Origin: Candidatus Bathyarchaeota archaeon
Lineage (GTDB): Archaea > Thermoproteota > Bathyarchaeia > Bathyarchaeales > Bathycorpusculaceae
Direction: 5' to 3'
Length of the DNA stretch: 64,000 nucleotides
Assembly (NCBI GenBank): GCA_963717465.1
Contig: OY970340.1
Location: 544,001 to 608,000, forward strand
Shown here: piece after piece, positions 53,921 to 63,124 of the stretch
Position numbering within the stretch: the first letter of the stretch is position 1
Layout: each line of letters starts with the position of its first letter
Program-made: the position numbers and the translations under genes
The notes under the pieces: generated by a model
Databases searched by the model: none
Seen by the model: only the letters and a program-made list of their open reading frames with translations
Told to the model about the DNA's origin: nothing

Positions 53921-54700
53921 TTATATAGTTTTCTTTAGCAGAAGCTCACATATATCGTCTATGGTCTTAACTGCTTCACTTGTCATGTTCTTTAATGGTG
54001 TTTCACCAAGCATGTCAGCTTCAATGACTTTCTGGTCGAAGGGCACAAAAGTAAGCAGGGGCAAATTGTTTTTTTCAGCAAAGCTACTAACAGCTTCTCT
54101 TTGAGCCTTGTTCATGATTCTATTTCCAACAAGGTACAGTTGCTTCATGCCAGCATCTTTAGCCATATCATGGATGTGCTTGGCAATTTCCAGCGATTTC
54201 AAGTTGGAGTCTGCAACGATAAGTAATGCGTCCACGTGTCTTGCAGTGCCTCTGCCAATATGTTCAACGCCAGCTTCCAAATCCAGTACAATGGCTTCAT
54301 CGCGTTCCACAACAAGATACCGCAGCAGAGAGCGTATGACAGCGTTTGGAGCACACATACACCCTGCACCCATCGACTGCACGGTACCCATAACGATCAA
54401 ATTCACGCCGAGCGGAGTATTAACCGCATAATCACGTACTATGTCGTCAACGGTGAATTGCAAGCGGTAGACGCCTGAGTAACCTGTATCAGTTTTCGAA
54501 TCGATTAAGGGCTTGTTCTGTGAGATGGGAACAATTTTGCGAGTTTCCTCGGCAGCTAAACCTAAAGTTAAACCAAGATTAGGAGAAGAATCAGCATCGA
54601 GCGCTATGGTTTTTAACCCTCGCTTAGAAAACCCGCGTGCTAAGCCGCCAGCAATTAGGGTTTTTCCAACTCCACCCTTGCCAGAAACTGCTACCTTCAT
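53921..54700 (-). CDS. cooC: CooC-type nickel-insertion ATPase
   Basis: GKGGVGKT, DADS, GCMC, DLEAGVEHIGRG. Confidence 0.9.
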   Translation of the reverse strand: MKVAVSGKGGVGKTLIAGGLARGFSKRGLKTIALDADSSPNLGLTLGLAAEETRKIVPISQNKPLIDSKTDTGYSGVYRLQFTVDDIVRDYAVNTPLGVNLIVMGTVQSMGAGCMCAPNAVIRSLLRYLVVERDEAIVLDLEAGVEHIGRGTARHVDALLIVADSNLKSLEIAKHIHDMAKDAGMKQLYLVGNRIMNKAQREAVSSFAEKNNLPLLTFVPFDQKVIEADMLGETPLKNMTSEAVKTIDDICELLLKKTI

Positions 54701-54729
54701 TCAATTACACAACAAGAGTGTTATATCAT

Positions 54730-55560
54730 CTAACTATTATTTTTTGATGCTGAAACGGTTATGCTTACTATAGAATTAGCCGCTTCTTTAACCTCTTCAG
54801 ATGTCAAGCCTAAATTGTTGAGGGCTTCTTTAGCTTCAGGTTCGCTAATGATACAGTCAAGGGGAAAAGTTTTTTCCTGCATAATTTTTACTGTTTGGAA
54901 TCCGGCTTTCTTTATTTTGTCGATGTATTCGTCTTTAATCTCTGCTCCAGAAATGCATCCTGCGTATGCTTCAACGCTTTTTTCCATGGCTTTAGGCAGC
55001 TTCTTTAGCAGAACGATGTCTGAAACCATCAACCGACCATTAGGGGCAAGAACTCTGAAGGCTTCTTCAAACACTCGCTTCTTGTTTGGTGCAAGGTTGA
55101 TTACACAATTCGAGATTATTGCATCGATTGAGTTGTCTGCTACGGGCAAGTTCTCGATTTCTCCAAGCCTGAACTCCACGTTTGAGTAGTTACCTTTCTT
55201 GGCATTCTTACGAGCTTTTTCCAGCATTTCGGGGGTCATATCTACTCCGATAACTTTTCCTGTTTTACCAACTTTCTTAGCAGCTAGGAAACAGTCAAAA
55301 CCTGCGCCTGAACCTAAATCTAAAACCCGCTCGCCCTCTTTCAGCGATGCTAAAGCGGTTGGGTTACCGCAACCTAGACCGAGATTAGCGCCTTCGGGAA
55401 CTTGATGGATTTCATCTTCAGTGTAACCGATCATTTTGCTTATCTGTTGGTCTGTCGGAGCTGAACAGCAACTGACATTCGATTGGCAACAAGTTCCATT
55501 AGTCTTAGCAACTTTAGCGTATCTTTTTCTTACTACTTTCTTGATTTTATCTTCTTTCAG
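54730..55560 (-). CDS. arsM: Arsenite S-adenosylmethionine methyltransferase (probable CTG start)
   Basis: [30 protein letters not shown]; in-frame upstream extension [18 protein letters not shown]...CC....CC. Confidence 0.92.
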   Translation of the reverse strand: MKEDKIKKVVRKRYAKVAKTNGTCCQSNVSCCSAPTDQQISKMIGYTEDEIHQVPEGANLGLGCGNPTALASLKEGERVLDLGSGAGFDCFLAAKKVGKTGKVIGVDMTPEMLEKARKNAKKGNYSNVEFRLGEIENLPVADNSIDAIISNCVINLAPNKKRVFEEAFRVLAPNGRLMVSDIVLLKKLPKAMEKSVEAYAGCISGAEIKDEYIDKIKKAGFQTVKIMQEKTFPLDCIISEPEAKEALNNLGLTSEEVKEAANSIVSITVSASKNNS

Positions 55561-55562
55561 AA

Positions 55563-55823
55563 CTATCCCTCCTGTTTAGTTACTCCTTTAAGCAGAGGAC
55601 CAAGAGTCTTCGTTACTGCACCGACTAGTCTATCTGCTTTAATCATCATTATACAACAAACTTTACCATCTTTCTCGCATGCAACAATAGCAATTTTGTC
55701 ATTAGGATTGAAATTTGCCTTTTCACGCAAATCTTTGGGCAACACGATCTGCCCTTTTGCATCCATTGTTATTACTGCATCAATTCTGCAGGTATCTCCC
55801 TCACAAGCCATGAGAATCATCAT
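55563..55823 (-). CDS. Cys-containing AbrB/SpoVT-fold protein (resembles HgcAB-associated HgcC family)
   Basis: CRIDAVITMDAKGQIVLPKDLRE swapped-hairpin motif plus KVCC; TATA box upstream; 2 nt from the arsM start. Confidence 0.8.
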   Translation of the reverse strand: MMILMACEGDTCRIDAVITMDAKGQIVLPKDLREKANFNPNDKIAIVACEKDGKVCCIMMIKADRLVGAVTKTLGPLLKGVTKQEG

Positions 55824-55842
55824 GGATAATCTACTCAAAACC

Positions 55843-55880
55843 AATATAAACTTTTCTGATTTTTCTGAAAAATCTGAAAA
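55843..55880. promoter_or_regulatory. TATA box plus 14-1-14 inverted repeat (candidate operator) between divergent AbrB-arsM and acr3-arsC units
   Basis: TTTTCTGATTTTTC-T-GAAAAATCTGAAAA at 55852-55880 (one mismatch), abutting minus-strand TTTATA at 55845-55850. Confidence 0.6.
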
Positions 55881-55909
55881 TATCAACAATAACCTATTAA
55901 ACACAAAAA

Positions 55910-57049
55910 ATGAATTTTCCTACCAATCTCCTTAAATACATGCCTCCCGAACACTATAAATTATTTTTAATAGCAGGAAAGCGCATGGAGCAACCTAAGC
56001 CTCATCTTTCATGGTTAAGCAAATTCCTGACACTTTGGATATTCCTAGCCATGCTTGCTGGCGTTTTAATTGGCTATATTTATCCAAATACCTCGACAGT
56101 TATCGGCTCTTTAAGCATAGGAACAACCTCAATTCCAATCGCTATCGGGTTAATCTGGATGATGTATCCACCATTGGCTCGAGTCCGCTACGAGGACCTA
56201 AAGAAAATAGTTGCAGCAAAAGAGGCAAAAACCATGTTTGCAGAGTCACTTTCTTTGAACTGGATAATCGGGCCATTATTAATGTTCGCTTTAGCATGGG
56301 TATTTCTTGGAAGCTACCCAGCACTTCGGGATGGCGTAATACTCATAGGCTTGGCACGCTGCATCGCAATGGTAATTGTCTGGAACAATCTTGCAGAAGG
56401 CGACAACGAATGGACCGCGATACTTGTCGCAATCAACTCGATTTTTCAGATCCTCATGTATTCAGTTCTCGCCTACTTTTACATAACAATTGCGAGCTCT
56501 TGGATATCGGGAACTGGACAAATCGTAGACATCTCCCTATTACAAGTTGCCCAATCAGTAACAATCTACTTAGGAATACCATTTTTCGCAGGAATCATAA
56601 CTCGATTCTACTTTATCAAATCTAAAGGCAAAGAATGGTATGGAAAAAAATTTATGCCCAAACTAAGCCCTACCTCGCTTATTGCGTTGATATTCACAAT
56701 AATCGTGATGTTCTCTTTAAAAAGCCAGTATATTATTAGCTTACCGTTAGACGTGGTTAGAGTTGCTGTTCCGCTTCTAATCTATTTTGTAGTTATGTTT
56801 TCCGCAGCTTTTGCGTTAGGATACTATTCAAAGCTTGGTTATCAAAGAACTGCATCGCTTTCCTTCACAGCCGCTAGCAATAACTTTGAACTAGCCATAG
56901 CTGTAGCAGTCGCTGTTTTTGGCTTAGCGTCCCAAGAAGCTTTTGCGGCAGTAATTGGTCCACTTGTAGAAGTTCCTGTTATGATTAGTCTAGTGAACGT
57001 TGCTATATGGTTACGGAAAAAATATTTTGCTAGTGAGAAGGAGATTTAG
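55910..57049 (+). CDS. acr3: Arsenite efflux permease Acr3 (probable start ATG 55985)
   Basis: [40 protein letters not shown]. Confidence 0.95.
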   Translation: MNFPTNLLKYMPPEHYKLFLIAGKRMEQPKPHLSWLSKFLTLWIFLAMLAGVLIGYIYPNTSTVIGSLSIGTTSIPIAIGLIWMMYPPLARVRYEDLKKIVAAKEAKTMFAESLSLNWIIGPLLMFALAWVFLGSYPALRDGVILIGLARCIAMVIVWNNLAEGDNEWTAILVAINSIFQILMYSVLAYFYITIASSWISGTGQIVDISLLQVAQSVTIYLGIPFFAGIITRFYFIKSKGKEWYGKKFMPKLSPTSLIALIFTIIVMFSLKSQYIISLPLDVVRVAVPLLIYFVVMFSAAFALGYYSKLGYQRTASLSFTAASNNFELAIAVAVAVFGLASQEAFAAVIGPLVEVPVMISLVNVAIWLRKKYFASEKEI

Positions 57050-57050
57050 T

Positions 57051-57443
57051 ATGAAACGAGTTCTGTTTGTATGTATTGAAAACGCTGGCAGAAGCCAAAT
57101 GGCAGAAGCATTCGCCAAAAAATACGGAGAAAACAAGTTCATCGCTTCCAGTGCAGGAAACAAGCCTGCTGGCAGGGTTAACCCTATTGTTGTAGAAGTC
57201 ATGAAAGAGAAAGGCATCGATATTTCTAAGAATAAGCCTAAAGAGCTTACTTTTCAAATGGCTAACGACTCAGACCTAATAGTTACCATGGGCTGCAGCG
57301 ATCAAGGAATTTGCCCCGGACCGTTCTTTAAGCCAACAATCGAGTGGAAACTCGAAGACCCAAAAGGAAAGCCTATAGAAAAAGTTAGAGAGATAAGAGA
57401 TGAAATCGAGCGACAAGTGCAAGAGTTAATAAGAAACAGCTAG
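57051..57443 (+). CDS. arsC: Arsenate reductase, LMW-PTP family
   Basis: VLFVCIENAGRSQMAE, TMGC...CP, EDPKG; directly after acr3. Confidence 0.92.
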   Translation: MKRVLFVCIENAGRSQMAEAFAKKYGENKFIASSAGNKPAGRVNPIVVEVMKEKGIDISKNKPKELTFQMANDSDLIVTMGCSDQGICPGPFFKPTIEWKLEDPKGKPIEKVREIRDEIERQVQELIRNS

Positions 57444-57451
57444 AGGAGTTT

Positions 57452-57638
57452 ATGGAAATGGGCTTCTACGTGGGAATAAAGGAAAAAGCTAAGCCTGTAA
57501 TATTTGAGAGCAAAAAAAGCACCCAGTAACGCACCTCAATACGACGTCATTTACGGCCCGTTTAAAACAAGAGAAGATTCAGAAAAGTACGTTAATGCGA
57601 TGGATCAAGGTGTTGCGTGCGGTGACTCAGATTTTTAA
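57452..57638 (+). CDS. Small hypothetical protein (about 60 aa, frameshift in an A7 run)
   Basis: SD GAGGAG then ATG 57452, MEMGFYVGIKEKAKPVIFESKK; after a shift APSNAPQYDVIYGPFKTREDSEKYVNAMDQGVACGDSDF*. Confidence 0.5.
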
Positions 57639-57683
57639 CGTGAGAATATTAAGCTATTAGCCAAGTGCCCATAGGCTAAACTA

Positions 57684-58361
57684 TTAAACGTTTTTCCTTT
57701 CAGGGCTTTTTAAAAAGTCTTCGATAGCTTCAAGTCCTTTCATCGGTTTATCACTGTAAAAATCACAGCCTAATTTTTTTGAAATTTCCTCTGTGACAGC
57801 GCCTCCTCCTATTACTACTAAGATTTTGTTTCGAAGACCTTCGCGCTTAAGTTCCTCTATAGTTTCGCGGGTCAAGGAAAAAGCAGAAGCCTGCATGCAG
57901 GAAACAACCAGCGCTTGTGCTTTGATGGTTTTTATTGAATTAATAATGGAATCAGGCGTATCTTCTCTGCCAATCTTATAGGCAACCTTGTATCCTGACG
58001 ATTTGAAAAGCAAGGCCAAAATATCCTTCATCAATGTATGTCCATCACCTCTCATGCAAGCTACAACAACACGTCCTTTAGCATTAGTTGTCTCAGCGCT
58101 CTGCCTATCAAGGAACGACAAAACTCGAAAGGTAGGCACCAAAGCATTAGAAATTTTCTTCATAACCTGCATTTCTTCTCGCTCAGACTTTCCAGCTTTA
58201 TAGGATACTGCAATTTCTTCCCACACTGACGCAATTTCCATCAATATGTCCCTTACATTAACGCCACTTTCTAGAGCGCGTTTTACAATGCCCACTGCTT
58301 CCACGTCACCCCTTAAAAGGGAATCACGAATTTTTCCAAGCGAACTTTGACCCACAAACAT
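57684..58361 (-). CDS. Cobalamin-binding (corrinoid) protein, MtaC/MetH cap plus B12-binding domain
   Basis: Helical cap, then VVVACMRGDGH, VVSC, VVIGGGAV. Confidence 0.8.
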   Translation of the reverse strand: MFVGQSSLGKIRDSLLRGDVEAVGIVKRALESGVNVRDILMEIASVWEEIAVSYKAGKSEREEMQVMKKISNALVPTFRVLSFLDRQSAETTNAKGRVVVACMRGDGHTLMKDILALLFKSSGYKVAYKIGREDTPDSIINSIKTIKAQALVVSCMQASAFSLTRETIEELKREGLRNKILVVIGGGAVTEEISKKLGCDFYSDKPMKGLEAIEDFLKSPERKNV

Positions 58362-58538
58362 TCCACAATATACGCCAAAATACGTCTACATAGCATTTTC
58401 CCAGCTACTAAAACTTGCCTCCACTGTTCGTAAGGTTTTAGAATCCTGTAAATACTGAAAAGAGGGAACTGCTAACCTCTTAAGTGATAGATAAAATTGA
58501 AGCAAATCCTGTTTTAATATTTATATATTCGGTTAATT

Positions 58539-59612
58539 ATGGCTAAAGCCATGAGCTCCAAAAAAATCGATTTTGAAAAGTCATTACTTAACGAAGTTGT
58601 CGGAAAAGGGAAATGTGCAAGTTGCGGCACATGCGTCGTCGTCTGTCCCTTCGGCAGCTTGGAATTTAAGAATGGAAAGCCTAATCAAATAAAAGAATGC
58701 AAAACCTGCGGCATTTGCTCGCAAGCTTGCCCAAGATACGAGTGGACTATGGCTGGTGCAGAGAACGTTGTTTTCGGTAGAGCAAGAAAGCCTGAAGAGG
58801 AATATGGAGTTTCCCGTAGGATAGCGATTGCTCAAGCTAAACCGGATAACATTCAGAAAGTCCGTCAAGATGGTGGAGCCGCCACTGCGATGCTGGCAGC
58901 TGCGTTGCAGAATGGATTGATTGATGGAGCCGTAGTTTCTGGAAAAAGCCAAGAAAAGCCTTTCCTTCCAGTTCCATTGCTTGCATTAACTCCGCAACAA
59001 ATTGTTGAAGCGGCAGGAACAAAATACACCTGTTCAAATAGTCTTCTTGGTTTGCCTGAAGTGATTAAGCAGAAAAAGACGCAAATCGCTTTTGTTGGCA
59101 CACCTTGCCAAGTTCAAGCTGTTAGAAAAATGCAGATGAGCGGGGTTAAAAAGTTTACAACATCAATTAAGTACGTTGTCGGTTTAATGTGCTCTGAATG
59201 CTTTGACTATGAAGGGCTCATAGATGCACACATTAAAGGTAAACTTGGGATTAATCCAAATGACATAACGAAAATGCAAATCAAGGGAAAGATGCTCGTA
59301 ACCACTCCAGCAGGAACCACAGCTATTCCTCTCGCAGAAATAAAACAATACGTTGGAAAGGGTTGTGGCGCGTGTGAAGACTTTAGCTCTGAACTCGCAG
59401 ATGTCTCAGTCGGTGGACTAGGACTCGATGGGTGGACATTCGCGATTATACGCACTGAAAAAGGCGAAGAACTATTCACAAACGCTGAAAAAGCAGGGTT
59501 CTTAGAATCAAAACCAGTCGAAGAAGGAGCCTTCTCAAAAAGCCTGCTGCTTAAACTTACAAGGAAGAAACGTGAAAAAACCCCAGCAGCTCAAGCTCCA
59601 CCAAAACAGTAA
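58539..59612 (+). CDS. FrhB/FpoF-family F420-interacting flavo-Fe-S protein
   Basis: Two CxxCxxCxxxCP motifs, QDGG, AGTKY, VGTPCQ, GLMC, GC..C.D, ADVSVG. Confidence 0.9.
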   Translation: MAKAMSSKKIDFEKSLLNEVVGKGKCASCGTCVVVCPFGSLEFKNGKPNQIKECKTCGICSQACPRYEWTMAGAENVVFGRARKPEEEYGVSRRIAIAQAKPDNIQKVRQDGGAATAMLAAALQNGLIDGAVVSGKSQEKPFLPVPLLALTPQQIVEAAGTKYTCSNSLLGLPEVIKQKKTQIAFVGTPCQVQAVRKMQMSGVKKFTTSIKYVVGLMCSECFDYEGLIDAHIKGKLGINPNDITKMQIKGKMLVTTPAGTTAIPLAEIKQYVGKGCGACEDFSSELADVSVGGLGLDGWTFAIIRTEKGEELFTNAEKAGFLESKPVEEGAFSKSLLLKLTRKKREKTPAAQAPPKQ

Positions 59613-59715
59613 GAACCAAGATAATTCCCTCTCTATTCTTTTTGATATTTTACGGGTATTATTCTGTTGGCATAAAGAGATTTTTTAGTGTTGTTCTGAT
59701 CGCGTGTTGTTGTGC

Positions 59716-60358
59716 TTATGCAATGTTTAGTTTGAATTGATTTAAAACTTGTCGGCAAGCAGTCGTGCATTCTGATTTAAGCAATTTACTTAAGTCTTGA
59801 GCAGAGTCTATGTCCATGGCTACACTCCTTGATTGGTATAATTTCAAAGTCAAGCCTTTGCTATATGCCTCCTTAGCGTGTTTCTCAAAGCTCCTCGGCC
59901 CAAAAGCTGCATGAATTAAGTTTGGTGGACTTTGGAAGAGAACGTTTGTACCGCCATCACCTGAGCAAGACAACACAACAGTTGGATCGTTATCGCTTCC
60001 CAACTCAACTATTTTGTCCACATCGGCAGTGGAAAGCAATGGGATGTCGGCGGGAAGTACGAGTACAGCTTCTGCCCCTTTCTGTATGCACCATTCAGTT
60101 GCCTCATCAATCGCAGAGTTCAGACCATGATTTTTCTCGCTAATATGGGAAGCACCGAATTTACCCGCTACATCACGCACTACGAGATCATTACTAACTA
60201 CAACAATCTTCGTAACGGTTGAGTTTTGTCAGCGCGGTTAAAACGTCCTCAAGCATAGCTAGTGTTAGTTCTTTGCGCTCTTGCGGACTCAATACTGTAG
60301 AAAGACGTTCTTTTGAGACCCCCAAGCCCTTGACAGGTACAACCGCGTAAACAAGCAT
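59716..60358 (-). CDS. cofC: 2-phospho-L-lactate/PEP guanylyltransferase (frameshift near 60220)
   Basis: VVPVK....SKERLS, AMLEDV, GLN, LPADIP, GGTN, FG..SF..H, DID...DL. Confidence 0.9.
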
Positions 60359-60436
60359 GTTCAAGCCACCAGAAACCTTTCGTTGAGGCGACTGCGAGTT
60401 TATTGAAGTGTTCAATTGTCACCTAAAAATATTTAG

Positions 60437-60459
60437 ATGGCGCGTAAAAAACGCGCCAT
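60437..60459 (-). terminator. Perfect 9-bp GC-rich hairpin after the mer stop
   Basis: ATGGCGCGT-AAAAA-ACGCGCCAT, 8 nt after the mer stop, followed on the minus strand by ctaaatattttt. Confidence 0.55.
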
Positions 60460-60467
60460 TCAACTTT

Positions 60468-61475
60468 TTAATCTTTGAATTGGGGAATGATCTTGCTGCC
60501 GATTAAGTCGATGGCAGTCTTTACGTTTGAGCCGACTGGTGAACCGACTACGAATTGGCTTATGCCGAGCTTGCGAAGTTCTGCTATGCGAGCGATACAC
60601 ATGTCAGGTGTTCCGCTTATCGAGAAAGCGTTGATCATTTCAGGGGTTACTAAGCCGAGTGCTTTTGGGAAGTCTCCGGCTTTCAGTGCTGCACCGATTT
60701 CACTTGCTTTAGTCGGGTTTATGCCATGCTTTTCAAGAATTGCAGCTGGGCTTCCAGCAACGATGAAGGCTACTACGGGTGCTGCAGCTTTAAGGGCCTT
60801 CTTTAGGTCTTCGTTAACGCTGAATGATGTGTAAGCTGCAATGTCAACGTCGCTTGGGCTTCTATTTGCTTGTTTCATGCCTTCGCCTATTGTTTTAATA
60901 GCAAATGCAACGTCGCCTGGGTCGCTGGCGTTCACTAGGACACCGTCTCCAATTTTGCCAGCCATCTCCAGCATTTTCGGTCCCTGTGCACCAATATAGA
61001 CAGGAATTTTCCGTTTTATCTTAAAGTTGAATTTGGACCCGTTAGTCTTGAAGACTTCACCTTGGTACGCAACTACTTCGCCAGCGGTCATTTTTCGGAA
61101 GATTTCAACAGTTTCTTTTACGGCTGCCATTGGTTTGCCCATTTCGACTCCGATTTGTTCAAGAGTAGTCTTGTCTCCTGCACCTATGCCAAGCAGAACT
61201 CTTTCAGGAGCCATCTCGTCTAAGCTTGCGATGGCTTGTGCAGTGATAACTGGGTTAACCATCCAAGGATTAGTTACGCCTGTGCCGATGATTATCTTGT
61301 TTGTGTATAATGCTGCGGCTGCAAGCGTAGTGTAAACGTTTCGGTTTCCAAAGTGATCTGTAATCCACAGATTGCTAAACCCGTTCTTTTCCGATTGTAT
61401 GGCATAGGCAGCTATTTTCCAGTATGCTTCGCTGGGAACAAATTCTATTCCAAATTTAAGCGGCATATTAATCAA
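60468..61475 (-). CDS. mer: F420-dependent methylene-H4MPT reductase
   Basis: FGIEFVP, WITDH..NR, GVTNP, GIGAGD, YIGAQGPKML, AAYTSFS, VGSP. Confidence 0.93.
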   Translation of the reverse strand: MINMPLKFGIEFVPSEAYWKIAAYAIQSEKNGFSNLWITDHFGNRNVYTTLAAAALYTNKIIIGTGVTNPWMVNPVITAQAIASLDEMAPERVLLGIGAGDKTTLEQIGVEMGKPMAAVKETVEIFRKMTAGEVVAYQGEVFKTNGSKFNFKIKRKIPVYIGAQGPKMLEMAGKIGDGVLVNASDPGDVAFAIKTIGEGMKQANRSPSDVDIAAYTSFSVNEDLKKALKAAAPVVAFIVAGSPAAILEKHGINPTKASEIGAALKAGDFPKALGLVTPEMINAFSISGTPDMCIARIAELRKLGISQFVVGSPVGSNVKTAIDLIGSKIIPQFKD

Positions 61476-61804
61476 TCTCCCTTGTACATTTGGTGAACTA
61501 TTTGTTCAGCCAACTTTAACATTTGAAGTTCACCCAGTGCAGCAACCGTTTTCTCCGCATCAAGAAGCACGGCAGCTTCTAATACGGCAGTTAAACCTGC
61601 CTCACTGCTTGCAGTGCCGTTTTTCATATGGAGAAGAATGGTGTTTGCAAGGGTAACTGGCATTTTATGTTCATTTTTCGCACTTAAAATGACACCAATT
61701 AATTGTTCAGATAGGACTCCCCACTTCTCAGCGGGAACTGTTTCAACAAGTTTTGAATAATCCGTCAAGGTTCCTCCTTTGGAAAGGAAATTGCATGGTG
61801 ACAC
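61472..61804 (-). CDS. Small helical hypothetical protein coupled to mer (probable TTG start near 61769)
   Basis: SD AAGGAGG before TTG; stop overlaps the mer start region. Confidence 0.65.
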   Translation of the reverse strand: MSPCNFLSKGGTLTDYSKLVETVPAEKWGVLSEQLIGVILSAKNEHKMPVTLANTILLHMKNGTASSEAGLTAVLEAAVLLDAEKTVAALGELQMLKLAEQIVHQMYKGD

Positions 61805-61978
61805 TTAAAAAGCATTCGTCCAAGGAAACAGCTTTCAGAAAACCACTTATTATGTTAAAGGTGATTGCTAAACGCGATCTTTCTCCAGTTTTTGAGTCGC
61901 TGTTTCCGACACTATTTTTGAGATAAATTTAAGTTTCATTGCATAATTAGCAATGATGACCAAATAGAGGGTATCAAC

Positions 61979-62736
61979 ATGAACATTATTCAGGTAATTC
62001 CAGTTGAGAATTTACCATTAATAAAGAATAAAGATAACCTCGGCCAACTCATCGTTAAAGCTGCAAAAAAACAGGGTACGCCGATTCAGGAAAATGACGT
62101 TATCGTTGTCACGCATGTTGTTGTTTCGAAAGCTGAAGGAAACGTGGTTAACCTCGACCAAGTTACTCCTTCGGAGCGAGCAAAGGAAATAGCGCAAAAG
62201 ACCGACAAAGACCCTGCGATGGTTGAGGTTATTCTTCAAGAAACCAAAGATATTATTCGTCTTGGTTCAAACAGTATCATAACCGAGACGAAAAGCGGAA
62301 TAGTCTGCGCTAATGCTGGGGTCGACCGATCAAATGTTGATGGTGAAAGAAATATTGTGCCACTGCCAAAAAACCCTGATGAGTCTGCGCAGAACATTAG
62401 GAAAGAAATAAAACGGTTAGCAGGCGTCAACGTTGCAGTTATAGTTTCTGATACTCACGGCGACCCTTCCGTATGGGTGAAATAAACGTTGCAGTCGGCA
62501 TAGCAGGAATCAAGCCTATCAGGGACAGGCGAGGCGAAAAAGATCTTTTCGGATATGTTCTTAGAATAAAGCAGACAGCTATTGCGGATGAATTATCTTC
62601 GGCAGCGGAACTTGTCATTGGCCAAGCGAATGAAGGAATACCAGTTGCCATCATAAGAGGATACAAATACAAAATTGATGAAAACGCCTCAAGAACAGAC
62701 CTTACTAGACCAAGAGAAAAGGACCTTTTCAGATAA
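61979..62736 (+). CDS. cofE: Coenzyme F420-0:L-glutamate ligase (frameshift near 62460)
   Basis: VSKAEG, CANAGVDRSN, SDTHG, DRRGEKDLFG, ADELSSAAELVIGQA.EG.PVAIIRG. Confidence 0.92.
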
Positions 62737-63124
62737 ACTAAAGTTAAACTTCAAGATTAATTTTGGTTCTGAGAAAAGGAAATCGTATTTTTTATTTTTC
62801 TTTTTGAGGTTTAGTTTGGTAACGTTTGCAGTTTTTCTAAATTGAAAAATTAATTTATTTCCTTTTTATTCGATTTTAAGATTGGATGGCTGGCAGATTA
62901 TAGTTAATTTTAAATATAACTGTACTAATAATCGCCTTTAATTACTGGTGTCTAATGAGTGTTGGTCGTCTCAAGTAGTGACCCATTATCTGATTGGCAT
63001 CTTTTAGCCCCTAAGGCGTTCCCAGACTTATCAATCAAAGATTTCTCTCATTTGGCGTTATCCAACAATTCTATAGTTAGAGATCAGTACTTTCTCAAGA
63101 CAGCAGCAAATTCAAGGAATAATT

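Noticed and set aside
55563..55823. AbrB/MazE antitoxin of a toxin-antitoxin pair
   Set aside because: No adjacent toxin; the downstream gene is arsM.
55563..58361. hgcAB mercury-methylation locus
   Set aside because: An HgcC-like gene and a corrinoid protein are present, but there is no N(V/I)WCA(A/G)GK cap-helix motif and no hgcB ferredoxin. CdhE is an ordinary gamma subunit.
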